Origin: Hymenobacter metallilatus
GTDB lineage: Bacteria > Bacteroidota > Bacteroidia > Cytophagales > Hymenobacteraceae
Direction: 5' to 3'
NCBI RefSeq assembly: GCF_003944705.1
Contig: NZ_RWIS01000002.1
Location: 462,243-494,242 of the forward strand
Length of the DNA: 32,000 nucleotides
Positions within the stretch are counted from its first letter, which is position 1, and each line of letters starts with the position of its first letter. Below, one piece after another: positions 1 through 8,367 of this stretch. Under the pieces are notes generated by a model, which worked only from the letters and a program-made list of their open reading frames with translations, was not told the origin of the DNA and did not search any database. The position numbers were made by a program, and so were the translations under genes.

Positions 1-1079
1 TTTGCCTGGTGCAGCAAATTGGGTTTGATGCGCACCTGAGGCAAAGCAAACAGCACAATGTCCAGAATATCCAAAAACTGCGTCATCGGCTCAAAGAGGA
101 TTTCCTTTAGAATCTGAAAGTCGCGGTGGTAGCCGCTGGGCAGGTTACTCGTAGCCAGCATAAGCGTGTTGGGCAGTGCCTGCAGGGCATTACACCGTGC
201 CCGGATCAGCTCGAACACATCGGGGTTTTTCTTGTGGGGCATAATGCTACTGCCCGTAGTAAAGGCCGCCGGCAACTCCACGAAGGCCATGTCCTGTCCA
301 TTATAAAGCACCAGGTCGTAGGCCATTTTGGCGAGCGTGGCGGCCATGCCAGCTAATGCAAATGCCACAGTTTTTTCCGTTTTACCACGTAGCATCTGGG
401 CTCCTACGCTACTCACAGCCAGGTTACCAAAACCCATTTCCCGGGTAGTCTGTAGCCGGTCGATGGGGAAGGAGCTGCCAAAGCCGGCACCTGAGCCCAG
501 CGGGTTCTGGTCGGCTACGGTATGGGCGGCTTCAAACAGGGCCAGGTCCAGCAGCAGGTGCTCGGCGTAGGCGGAAAACCACAGCCCAAAGGAGCTGGGC
601 ATAGCTGCCTGGAAGTGAGTGTAGCCTGGCATCAGGTCGTGCTGGTGCGCCTCCGCCTTTTGCAACAGTACCTCAACCAGCTCCAGAGTGCGGGCGCCAG
701 CACGCTCGAGGTAGTCCTTCAAAAACAGCTGGATGGCCGTTAGCACCTGGTCGTTGCGGGAGCGAGCCGTGTGAATTTTCTTGCCTGCATCACCGAACTT
801 CTCCGTGAGGTAGTACTCGATTTTGGAGTGTACATCCTCAAAGTCCTCACCGATAATGAACGAGCCCGCCTCCAACTGGGCGGCCAGCTCCTGCAGGCCC
901 TGCTGCAACTGCTGGTTCTCCCCGTCGGATATCAGCCCTGCACCGGCCAGCATGTTGGCCTGGGCCCGGGAGGCCTGCACGTCGAACTGGGCCAGGTACA
1001 GATCCAACTCCCGGTCACGGCCGACGGTGAACTGCTCGATTTTCTTATCAACGGCAATGCCTTTATCCCAGATTTTCAT
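1..1079 (-). CDS. argH: argininosuccinate lyase, N-terminal ~359 codons (C-terminus runs off the left edge)
   Basis: Absent from the ORF track because it has no in-window stop. My translation of the minus strand from the ATG at 1079 gives MKIWDKGIAVDKKIEQFTVGRDRELDLY...HTARSRNDQV...TGSSIMPHKKNPDVFELIR, which carries the fumarate-lyase/ArgH signature. Confidence 0.9.
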   Translation of the reverse strand, partial: MKIWDKGIAVDKKIEQFTVGRDRELDLYLAQFDVQASRAQANMLAGAGLISDGENQQLQQGLQELAAQLEAGSFIIGEDFEDVHSKIEYYLTEKFGDAGKKIHTARSRNDQVLTAIQLFLKDYLERAGARTLELVEVLLQKAEAHQHDLMPGYTHFQAAMPSSFGLWFSAYAEHLLLDLALFEAAHTVADQNPLGSGAGFGSSFPIDRLQTTREMGFGNLAVSSVGAQMLRGKTEKTVAFALAGMAATLAKMAYDLVLYNGQDMAFVELPAAFTTGSSIMPHKKNPDVFELIRARCNALQALPNTLMLATSNLPSGYHRDFQILKEILFEPMTQFLDILDIVLFALPQVRIKPNLLHQA

Positions 1080-1113
1080 GATGTGGTTTCTTAGTAACTC
1101 GGGTGAAGTTTCT

Positions 1114-1155
1114 CGCAGTGTTCCGCAGTGGAAAAGCGCAGTGTTTCGCAGTGTT
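1114..1155. repeat. four phased direct repeats of CGCAGTG (AACACTGCG on the coding minus strand) in the argE-argH spacer
   Basis: cgcagtg occurs at 1114, 1124, 1137 and 1147 (spacing 10, 13, 10 nt). Three copies extend to cgcagtgtt. The array lies 35-75 nt upstream of the argH ATG. Confidence 0.8.
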
Positions 1156-1194
1156 CAGACGACGCTAGCACACGGCCAAACACTTCATGGAACT

Positions 1195-2265
1195 CTATAG
1201 CTCCAGCCCGTCCAGCAGTTCAACGTAGCCCTGCACGCCGGCCCGGATTTCACTGAGTAGGATGTACTCGTCGGGGGTATGGGAGCGGGCTGAGTCGCCG
1301 GGGCCGATTTTGATGGTGGTAAACGGCATCATGCTCTGGTCCGACAGCGTAACGGAACCAAAGGTACGCCGGCCTAAGGCAAGGCCCCGTTGCACCAGCG
1401 GATGGGTGAGGGCAATGCGGGAGGAGTTGAGGTGAGTGGAGCGGGGCGTGACGTTGGAAGAAACGTGACGGCGCACCAGCTCTACTACTTCCAGGTTGGA
1501 GTACAACTCATTGGTGCGCACATCTACCACAAAGATGCACTGGTCGGGCACCACGTTATGCTGGGACCCGGCCTGAATTTGGGTGACAGTCATTTTTACG
1601 GGGCCTAGTAGTTCAGAAACCAACGGAAAGCGAAAGGTTTCGAACCACCGGATGTCGGCTACGGCTTTGTACAGCGCGTTTTCGCCTTCCTCGCGGGCGG
1701 CGTGACCGGTGCGGCCGTGGGCCACGCAATCCAGCACCACCAAGCCCTTCTCGGCCACCGCCAGGTCCATCTGTGTCGGCTCGCCCACAATGCCCAGGTG
1801 GATGGTGGGCAGTAGCGGCAGCAGCCGGCGGATGCCATCTGCGCCCGACACTTCCTCCTCGGCCGTTATAGCGCAGATGAGGTTGAATGGCGGCGCAGTA
1901 GGCTGCTGCTCAAAGTAGAGAAACGTTGCCAGCAGGCACACTGCCGAGGCTCCGGCGTCGTTGCTGCCCAGGCCGGTCAGCCGGTCACCCTCTACCACGG
2001 CCCCGAAGGGGGCGTAGGTCCAGGTGCTGCCGGGCTTCACGGTGTCGTGGTGGGAGTTGAGCAGGATGGTAGGCTTGTTGGGGTCGAAATGCCTCGACAG
2101 GGCCCACACGTTATTGGCGTCGCGCTGAGGCTGCGCGCCATGCCGTTCCAGAAAAGCCACCAACAAGTCGGCCGTACCACTTTCCTCACGCGAGAAAGAG
2201 GGAGTTTGAATAAGTTGCCGCAGCAAGGCAATGGCATCGGTGGTGAGGTGCTCTAGCTCCGGCAT
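1195..2265 (-). CDS. argE: M20-family deacylase (acetyl- or succinyl-ornithine deacylase, ArgE-like)
   Basis: 356-aa ORF with an ATG start. Shows M20 peptidase features (LLNSHHDTVKPG, GLGSNDAGAS, AEEE, GP..SHTPDEY). Lies between argB and argH and overlaps the argB stop by 13 nt. Confidence 0.85.
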   Translation of the reverse strand: MPELEHLTTDAIALLRQLIQTPSFSREESGTADLLVAFLERHGAQPQRDANNVWALSRHFDPNKPTILLNSHHDTVKPGSTWTYAPFGAVVEGDRLTGLGSNDAGASAVCLLATFLYFEQQPTAPPFNLICAITAEEEVSGADGIRRLLPLLPTIHLGIVGEPTQMDLAVAEKGLVVLDCVAHGRTGHAAREEGENALYKAVADIRWFETFRFPLVSELLGPVKMTVTQIQAGSQHNVVPDQCIFVVDVRTNELYSNLEVVELVRRHVSSNVTPRSTHLNSSRIALTHPLVQRGLALGRRTFGSVTLSDQSMMPFTTIKIGPGDSARSHTPDEYILLSEIRAGVQGYVELLDGLEL

Positions 2266-3035
2266 AGCACAGTTTTTACGGGCTCATTGATGCGCAGCGC
2301 GTGCTCGATAACCACCTGCTCCACTCCGGCTTCCAGGGCGGCAAAGGCATTGTCCAATTTGGGTACCATACCCGCCGCAATGCTGCCTGTGGCCTTCAGC
2401 TCCTGGTACTCAGTGGCGGTTAGCTGCGGAATGACGGAGGCCTCGTCGTGCACGTCGCGGAGCACGCCGTCTTTCTCGAAGCAAAAGTGCAGCTCCACCG
2501 CATACCGCTCGGCCAGGGCGCGGGCCAGGGTGCTGGCAATGGTATCGGCATTGGTGTTGAGCAGTTGTCCCTGGCCGTCGTGGGTAATGGCGCAGAACAC
2601 GGGCAGCAAGCCGTTTTTCAGCAGCTGATGCAGTAAATCCGTGTTTACCGCGTTGGCGGGAAGGTCGCCTACAAACCCGTAGTCGATATCCTTTACCGGG
2701 CGCTTCACCGCCCGGATGGCGTTGCCATCGGCCCCGGATAAGCCCAACGCATTTACACCTTCTGCCTGTAACAGGCTTACCATCTGCTTGTTGGTTTTGC
2801 CGGCGTAGAACATCGTGACGATGTCGAGGGTGGCTGCATCGGTGATGCGGCGGCCCTGCACCAGTTGCGGCTCAATACCCAGGTCGCGCAGCATCTGGCT
2901 GGCGCCTTTGCCGCCCCCGTGCACCAATAGCTTGTGGCCCGGTACATGGGTCAGCGCCCGCAGGAACTGTCGCAACTGGGCGTCATCATCAATGATGCCG
3001 CCCCCGATTTTAAAAATTTTCAGGCCTTCACGCAT
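2253..3035 (-). CDS. argB: acetylglutamate kinase
   Basis: 260-aa ORF with amino-acid-kinase features (KIGGGIIDD, LVHGGG, NTNADT). First gene of the minus-strand arg operon. Confidence 0.9.
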   Translation of the reverse strand: MREGLKIFKIGGGIIDDDAQLRQFLRALTHVPGHKLLVHGGGKGASQMLRDLGIEPQLVQGRRITDAATLDIVTMFYAGKTNKQMVSLLQAEGVNALGLSGADGNAIRAVKRPVKDIDYGFVGDLPANAVNTDLLHQLLKNGLLPVFCAITHDGQGQLLNTNADTIASTLARALAERYAVELHFCFEKDGVLRDVHDEASVIPQLTATEYQELKATGSIAAGMVPKLDNAFAALEAGVEQVVIEHALRINEPVKTVLCRS

Positions 3036-3178
3036 AAAGTCAGGGAAAGAAAAAACAGGCGCTGTAGTTCAGCAAGGGCCAAAATGCAGGTTCTGGTTGC
3101 CGGTTGTTCTACGGAAGTCGGCCCGGCAACGAAACTTTTTTTGCACTCAGAGCGACAAAGTTTCCAAAAAAAAACATC

Positions 3179-3186
3179 TAGTTTTG
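3179..3186 (+). promoter_or_regulatory. candidate Bacteroidetes -7 promoter box (tagttttg = TAnnTTTG)
   Basis: Motif match only. It lies 11 nt upstream of the 23-bp palindrome at 3197-3219 and would give a ~460-nt leader before the GNAT gene. Confidence 0.25.
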
Positions 3187-3196
3187 CAACGATTTA

Positions 3197-3219
3197 GCGG
3201 TTTAAACGATTTAAACCGC
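3197..3219. promoter_or_regulatory. AT-rich perfect palindrome gcggtttaaa-cga-tttaaaccgc, a candidate operator in the divergent arg control region
   Basis: 10-bp arms with a 3-nt centre, read directly from the sequence. It sits between the divergent argB and GNAT-argG operons. The direct repeat aacgattta also occurs at 3188 and 3205. Confidence 0.4.
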
Positions 3220-3656
3220 GAAACACCTCACGCCGCTCAGCGGCTGCCGTCAATGACTCACTTCTCTTCAATTGCACTTCTGCGACGACCAGCACTGGTT
3301 GTGCGAACAATGCCAGCGTAGGCTGGCGTGCAATGCTTCGCGTAAGGTTTCAGCAGTACCGAAACCAGCGAAAAGGGGCCACCACCATAAGTGCCCTGTT
3401 GAAGAAAGTTTTTCCTGCATAACTCCTTGACACGAGTGTAGGCCTCCGGCTCCCTTCTCCCGAATCCATGCTGACCTAAGCCGCCAATTGGGCGCACTCA
3501 GCCGGTTTCTATCTTTTTCCAGGCTTTTTCTTCCGGTGCCGATTCTGCTCGGCTGGCCGTGGAGCCTTGGCTGCTTGTTTACACAAGCTTCATCTTCCCG
3601 TATCGTCTTTCCGAGTCTGTTGCCGTATACCAGCGGCCACTAACCGAGCCCCGACC

Positions 3657-4226
3657 ATGATTTTACGTGTAGCTACTGCTGCCGATGCGCAGCACGTGGA
3701 AACCCTCTGTCAATGGTATGCCGAGTCAGCCAAAGCGCGTGGCGTCGGTATTGCCAAGCGCGACCCTAACTATTTGATTAAGAAGATGGATCGGGGCGAC
3801 GCCATCATTGCCTTCATCGACGACCAGCTGGCCGGCTTCTGCTACATCGAGACGTTCGAGGACAACAAGTTCGTTGTCAACTCGGGGCTGATTGTGAACA
3901 CCGAGCTGCGCAAGGAAGGTCTGGGCCGGGCCATCAAGCACTGCGTGTTCGAATTGTCGCGCACGAAGTATCCGGCCGCCAAGATCTTCGGTATTACCAC
4001 TTCGGCGGCCGTAATGAAGATCAACAACGAGTTGGGCTACCGCCCCGTGACCTTCCCTGAGCTGACGCAGTCGGACGACTTCTGGAAGGGCTGCTCCAGC
4101 TGCAAAAACTACGGCATCCTGATGGAAAACCAGCGCAAAATGTGCCTGTGCACCGGTATGGTGTACGATACGCTGGACGACAGCTTCACGCAGCAGTCCA
4201 TTGAAATTCTGGCGCAGAAGCAGTAA
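3657..4226 (+). CDS. GNAT-family N-acyltransferase, first gene of the plus-strand arg operon (candidate glutamate N-acyltransferase)
   Basis: The track ORF starts at a TTG at 3567. The first ATG, at 3657 (MILRVATAAD...), gives 189 aa. A GNAT-like core is present (LAGFCYIE..., LRKEGLGRAI). Position is immediately upstream of argG. Confidence 0.8.
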   Translation: MILRVATAADAQHVETLCQWYAESAKARGVGIAKRDPNYLIKKMDRGDAIIAFIDDQLAGFCYIETFEDNKFVVNSGLIVNTELRKEGLGRAIKHCVFELSRTKYPAAKIFGITTSAAVMKINNELGYRPVTFPELTQSDDFWKGCSSCKNYGILMENQRKMCLCTGMVYDTLDDSFTQQSIEILAQKQ

Positions 4227-4238
4227 TCGGTAATCACC

Positions 4239-4353
4239 AGAACGTCATGCTGAGCTTGCCGAAGCATCTCTACCGCTTCGTGCTCAAGAGTGAGTTAGCA
4301 AGAGTGAGTTAGCCAGAGGTAGAGATGCTTCGGCAAGCTCAGCATGACGTTCT
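4239..4353. repeat. complete V1 nested-palindrome element (36-nt arms, 43-nt spacer)
   Basis: Left arm 4239-4274 is agaacgtcatgctgagcttgccgaagcatctctacc. Right arm 4318-4353 is its exact reverse complement. The spacer holds a tandem 14-mer, aagagtgagttagc x2, at 4286-4313. Confidence 0.9.
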
Positions 4354-4375
4354 TTTTCCCATAACATCAGCACGC

Positions 4376-4407
4376 GAGATGCTTCGGCAAGCTGAGCATG
4401 ACGTTCT
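4376..4407. repeat. solo V1 right arm
   Basis: gagatgcttcggcaagctgagcatgacgttct has one mismatch to the consensus right arm. It lies 19 nt upstream of the argG ATG. Confidence 0.85.
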
Positions 4408-4425
4408 CATAATCTTCAGCACTCC

Positions 4426-5616
4426 ATGAAAAAAAAGGTAGTTCTCGCCTATAGCGGCGGCTTGGATACGTCTTATTGCGTGGTGTACCTAACCCGCGAG
4501 CTGGGTCTGGAAGTCCACACGGTGATTGTCAACTCGGGCGGCTTCTCGCCAGAGGAACTGGCCGGTATCGAAAAGCGTGCCTACGAAATGGGCTCCACGC
4601 GCCACGAGGTGATTGACGTAACCGAGCGGTTCTACCAGCAGTGCCTGCGCTACCTGCTGGCCGGCAACGTGCTCAAAAACGACACTTACCCGTTGAGCGT
4701 GAGTGCCGAGCGGATGTTTCAGAGCCTGGCGCTGGCCGAGTACGCCCGCGAGAACAAGGCCGACTACATTGCCCACGGCAGCACCGGTGCCGGCAACGAC
4801 CAAGTGCGCTTCGACGTGGCCTTCTCGGTGATTTCGCCCGACACCGAAATCATCACGCCCATCCGCGACCTAGGCCTTTCGCGCCAGCAGGAAATTGAGT
4901 ATTTGCAAGCCAACGGCGTGGAGATGAGCTGGGAAAAAGCCAAATACTCTATCAACAAGGGTATCTGGGGCACCAGCGTGGGCGGCGTGGAAACCCTCAC
5001 CTCCCGCCAGGGCCTGCCCGAGTCGGCCTGGCCGACTCAGCTCAGCAAGCACGAGCCCCAGGAAATCAGCATCACCTTTGAGAAAGGCGAGCCGGTGGCT
5101 TTAAACGGCGAAGCAATGAAGCCGGTGGACCTGATTGTGGCTCTCAACGAGCTGGCCGGCCAGTACGCCATCGGCCGCGACACCCACGTGGGCGACACGA
5201 TTCTGGGCATCAAGGGCCGGGTGGGCTTCGAGGCCCCCGCGCCGCTGATTCTCATCAAAGGCCACCACTTGCTGGAAAAGCACACGTCCAGCCGCTGGCA
5301 GCTGCTGCACAAGGACTACATCGCCAACTGGTACGGCACGCTGCTGCACGAGGCCCAGTACCTCGACCCGGTGATGCGCGACATGGAAGCCTTCCTGGAA
5401 TCGTCGCAGGAGCGGGTGTCGGGCACGGTGTACGTGACGTTGAAGCCGTATCAGTTCGAGCTGCTGGGTGTGGAGTCGCCGTTTGATATGATGCAGTCGA
5501 AGGTGGCTACCTACGGCGAGGAAAACAACGCTTGGGACTCGCGCGACGCGAAAGGCTTCATCAAAATCTTCAGCAACCAGCTGCGGATTCACGGCTCGTT
5601 CAACGATGAAAATTAA
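4426..5616 (+). CDS. argG: argininosuccinate synthase
   Basis: 396 aa, beginning MKKKVVLAYSGGLDTS (N-type ATP pyrophosphatase motif), with HGSTGAGNDQVRF. Confidence 0.95.
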   Translation: MKKKVVLAYSGGLDTSYCVVYLTRELGLEVHTVIVNSGGFSPEELAGIEKRAYEMGSTRHEVIDVTERFYQQCLRYLLAGNVLKNDTYPLSVSAERMFQSLALAEYARENKADYIAHGSTGAGNDQVRFDVAFSVISPDTEIITPIRDLGLSRQQEIEYLQANGVEMSWEKAKYSINKGIWGTSVGGVETLTSRQGLPESAWPTQLSKHEPQEISITFEKGEPVALNGEAMKPVDLIVALNELAGQYAIGRDTHVGDTILGIKGRVGFEAPAPLILIKGHHLLEKHTSSRWQLLHKDYIANWYGTLLHEAQYLDPVMRDMEAFLESSQERVSGTVYVTLKPYQFELLGVESPFDMMQSKVATYGEENNAWDSRDAKGFIKIFSNQLRIHGSFNDEN

Positions 5617-6586
5617 GGCTGGCATCGTCGGCGGGGCCGGCTACACGGCGGGGGAGCTGCTGCGGATTCTGCTGCACCACGAGTTTGTGGAGCTGGGCGG
5701 CATCGTGAGTTCCTCCAACGCTGGCAACCCCATCCACCAAGTGCACGACGATCTGGTGGGCGAGACGGAGCTGCGTTTCACGGCTGAGCTGCAGGGCGAC
5801 GAGGACGTGGTGTTTCTGTGCCTGGGCCACGGCAACTCCAAGGCCTGGCTGACCCAGCACCCGATGCCCGAAACTACCCACGTCATCGACCTGAGCAACG
5901 ACTTCCGCCTGGAAGCCGACGCCGAGTTTGCGGGCCGGGAGTTTGTGTACGGGCTGCCGGAGCTGAACAAAAGCCAAATCCAGCAGGCCCAGAGCATTGC
6001 CAACCCCGGCTGCTTCGCCACGGCCATTCAGCTGGCGCTGCTGCCGCTGGCCCAGGCCGGCAAGCTCCAGAACGACGTGCACGTATCGGCCATTACGGGC
6101 AGCACGGGCGCGGGGCAGAGCCTCTCGGAAACGGTGCATTTCTCGTGGCGCACCAACAACGTGTCCATCTACAAGCCCTTCACGCACCAGCATCTGGGCG
6201 AGATAGGGGAGAGCCTGGCGCAGCTGCAGCACGCGCTGGACGTAGATATCCACTTCATCCCGTACCGCGGCAACTTCACCCGGGGCATCTTCGCCAGCGT
6301 CTACACGCCGTCGGATTTGACCCAGGACGAGGCCCGCGCGCTGTACCAGCAGTTCTACCAGGACGCCCCGTTTACCACGGTATCGGACAAGGAAGTACAT
6401 CTGAAGCAGGTTGTTAATACCAACAAGTGCCTGCTGCACGTGCAGAAACTCGGCAAGCAGTTGCTCATCACCTCGGTTATCGATAACCTGGTGAAAGGTG
6501 CTTCCGGCCAAGCCGTGCAGAACATGAACCTCATCTTCGCCCTGCCCGAAACGACGGGGCTAGGGTTGAAGGCCGGGCTGTTTTAG
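5606..6586 (+). CDS. argC: N-acyl-gamma-glutamyl-phosphate reductase
   Basis: 326 aa, with GIVGGAGYTAGELLRIL (NAD-binding) and the active-site segment ANPGCFAT. Overlaps the argG stop by 11 nt. Confidence 0.95.
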   Translation: MKIKAGIVGGAGYTAGELLRILLHHEFVELGGIVSSSNAGNPIHQVHDDLVGETELRFTAELQGDEDVVFLCLGHGNSKAWLTQHPMPETTHVIDLSNDFRLEADAEFAGREFVYGLPELNKSQIQQAQSIANPGCFATAIQLALLPLAQAGKLQNDVHVSAITGSTGAGQSLSETVHFSWRTNNVSIYKPFTHQHLGEIGESLAQLQHALDVDIHFIPYRGNFTRGIFASVYTPSDLTQDEARALYQQFYQDAPFTTVSDKEVHLKQVVNTNKCLLHVQKLGKQLLITSVIDNLVKGASGQAVQNMNLIFALPETTGLGLKAGLF

Positions 6587-6588
6587 GC

Positions 6589-6686
6589 AGAGCGTCATGC
6601 TGAGCTTGCCGAAGCATCTCTACCGCTTCGCAAGACCATTGATTACCCTCGGTAGAGATGCTTCGGCAAGCTCAGCATGACGTTCT
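6589..6686. repeat. complete V1 nested-palindrome element (36-nt arms, 26-nt spacer)
   Basis: Left arm 6589-6624 has one a>g change. Right arm 6651-6686 matches consensus. The element starts 3 nt after the argC stop. Confidence 0.9.
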
Positions 6687-6746
6687 GTTAGGATGTTCTG
6701 TAGGCTTGCTTCTAATTTCTAACCTCTCAGCTCTCACATCTATACC

Positions 6747-7886
6747 ATGGAGCTTTTCAACGTGTATCCGCTCGTCAACATCACGCCCGTGAAGGCGCTG
6801 GGGGCGAAACTCTGGGACGACAAAGGCCAGGAGTACCTGGATTTTTACGGCGGGCACGCCGTTATCAGCATCGGCCACAGCCACCCGCACTACGTGCAGC
6901 GCCTCACCGAGCAACTCGGCAACATCGGCTTCTACTCCAACTCGGTGCAGATTCCGATTCAACGGGAGCTGGCCGAGAAGCTGGGCCGGGTATCGGGCTA
7001 CGAGGATTACACGCTGTTTCTGTGCAACTCCGGGGCCGAGGCCAACGAGAATGCGCTGAAGCTGGCTTCCTTCCACACCGGGAAGAAGCGCGTCATAGCA
7101 TTCCGGGGCGCGTTCCACGGCCGCACCTCGGGCGCGGTAGCCGCCACCGACAACCCCAAAATCGTGGCGCCCTTCAACGCCGACCACCACATCAGCTTCC
7201 TGGAGTACGATCTGGCGGCGGTGGAGCAGGTGCTGCAGGGCGGCGACGTGTGCGGGGTCATCATCGAGCCCATCCAGGGCGTGGGCGGTATCATCATGCC
7301 TTCTGATGAATTCCTGCAAGGCTTGGCTGCGCTGACCAAACAATATGGCGCGCTGCTGCTGGCCGATGAGGTGCAGAGCGGTTACGGCCGCAGCGGCAGG
7401 TTCTTCGCCCACCAGCACGCCGGTATCCGGCCCGACGTTATTTCGGTGGCCAAGGGCATGGGCAACGGCTTCCCCATCGGCGGCATCCTGATTGCGCCCG
7501 AGCTGAAGGCGTCCTACGGGTTGCTGGGTACCACGTTTGGCGGCAACCACTTGGCCTGCGCTGCCGCGCTGGCCGTGCTGGAAGTTATTGAGCAGGAAAA
7601 CCTGGTGCAGCACGCCGCCGAGCTGGGCGACTACCTGCGCACGGAGTTGGAAGCCCACGCCGGGGCCGAGGAAATCCGGGGCCGGGGCCTGATGGTGGGC
7701 ATCAAGTACGATTTCCCCATCAAGGACCTGCGCGACCAGCTGCTCTCGGAGCACCACATCTTCGTGGGCAACGCCTCCGACCCCACGGTGCTGCGCCTGC
7801 TGCCCCCGCTGAATATCACCAAGGCCGAGGTAGACCGGTTTTTGCAGGCGCTGTACGCATTAATTCCGGCCGAAGTGAAAAAGTAA
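6747..7886 (+). CDS. argD: acyl-ornithine aminotransferase (class-III PLP aminotransferase)
   Basis: 379 aa, with NSGAEANE, ADEVQSGYGRSG and SVAKGMGNGFP (PLP lysine region). Confidence 0.9.
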   Translation: MELFNVYPLVNITPVKALGAKLWDDKGQEYLDFYGGHAVISIGHSHPHYVQRLTEQLGNIGFYSNSVQIPIQRELAEKLGRVSGYEDYTLFLCNSGAEANENALKLASFHTGKKRVIAFRGAFHGRTSGAVAATDNPKIVAPFNADHHISFLEYDLAAVEQVLQGGDVCGVIIEPIQGVGGIIMPSDEFLQGLAALTKQYGALLLADEVQSGYGRSGRFFAHQHAGIRPDVISVAKGMGNGFPIGGILIAPELKASYGLLGTTFGGNHLACAAALAVLEVIEQENLVQHAAELGDYLRTELEAHAGAEEIRGRGLMVGIKYDFPIKDLRDQLLSEHHIFVGNASDPTVLRLLPPLNITKAEVDRFLQALYALIPAEVKK

Positions 7887-8211
7887 ACGACCTGTGGCCT
7901 AACTTGCAGCCCCAATGAGTAGCACCCTGAAGCTCCCGAGCCCCGCTCCCCTTCTGACAAGCTGCCCGCTGCCATTGGTGACTCCTGCGCAGCAACCGGC
8001 CAGTTCTTTCCACGAAAGAACAGCCTCCCCCTTTTCCTTCCAGCAGTTGTGCCCGCCCGACTTCCCGATGCCTGACATCTGGAAGTGGCAGGGTGCGGGA
8101 CCGATTGATTTAGTTTCTTTCTCTCCCGTTTGGCTTACCTCCTTGTTCGGCTGGAATAGACCCCCGGTATTCGGTTCTGTTCCAGCCGAAATTGTATCCG
8201 GGCGGTTCCGA

Positions 8212-8313
8212 CCCCCGGCCCCTCCCCTCCGGGAGAGGGGTGCGTGCCAACAAACAACGACCTCGTTACTGCTGTCTGGCTCCCCCTCTCCCGGAGGGGA
8301 GGGGGCCGGGGGG
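8212..8313. repeat. GC-rich nested inverted repeat in the carA upstream gap
   Basis: Left arm 8212-8240 is cccccggcccctcccctccgggagagggg. Right arm 8282-8313 is ccccctctcccggaggggagggggccgggggg. The arms are near-perfect complements. Each contains a 6-bp mini-hairpin, cccctc-N5-gagggg. Confidence 0.8.
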
Positions 8314-8367
8314 TGGGGTCCACGCAGAAAATCAATCATCAGAGTAAACCCTTTTTCGCATAACAGA

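Noticed and set aside
3253-3321. 22-codon uORF with tandem Arg codons as a classical attenuation leader peptide
   Set aside because: It has only 3 Arg in 22 codons, no obvious terminator/antiterminator pair and no U-tract downstream. It is mentioned in the control-region finding but is not supported as a feature.
3258-3497. 79-aa minus-strand ORF in the arg control gap
   Set aside because: It has no recognisable family, an Arg/Gly-rich composition and no promoter or context support. It is probably non-coding.
7915-8367. N-terminal 151-codon extension of the carA track ORF
   Set aside because: It has no CarA similarity, is Pro/Ser-rich and runs through the GC-rich inverted repeat. CarA homology begins at the GTG at 8368. 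It is kept only as a caveat in the finding on this gap.
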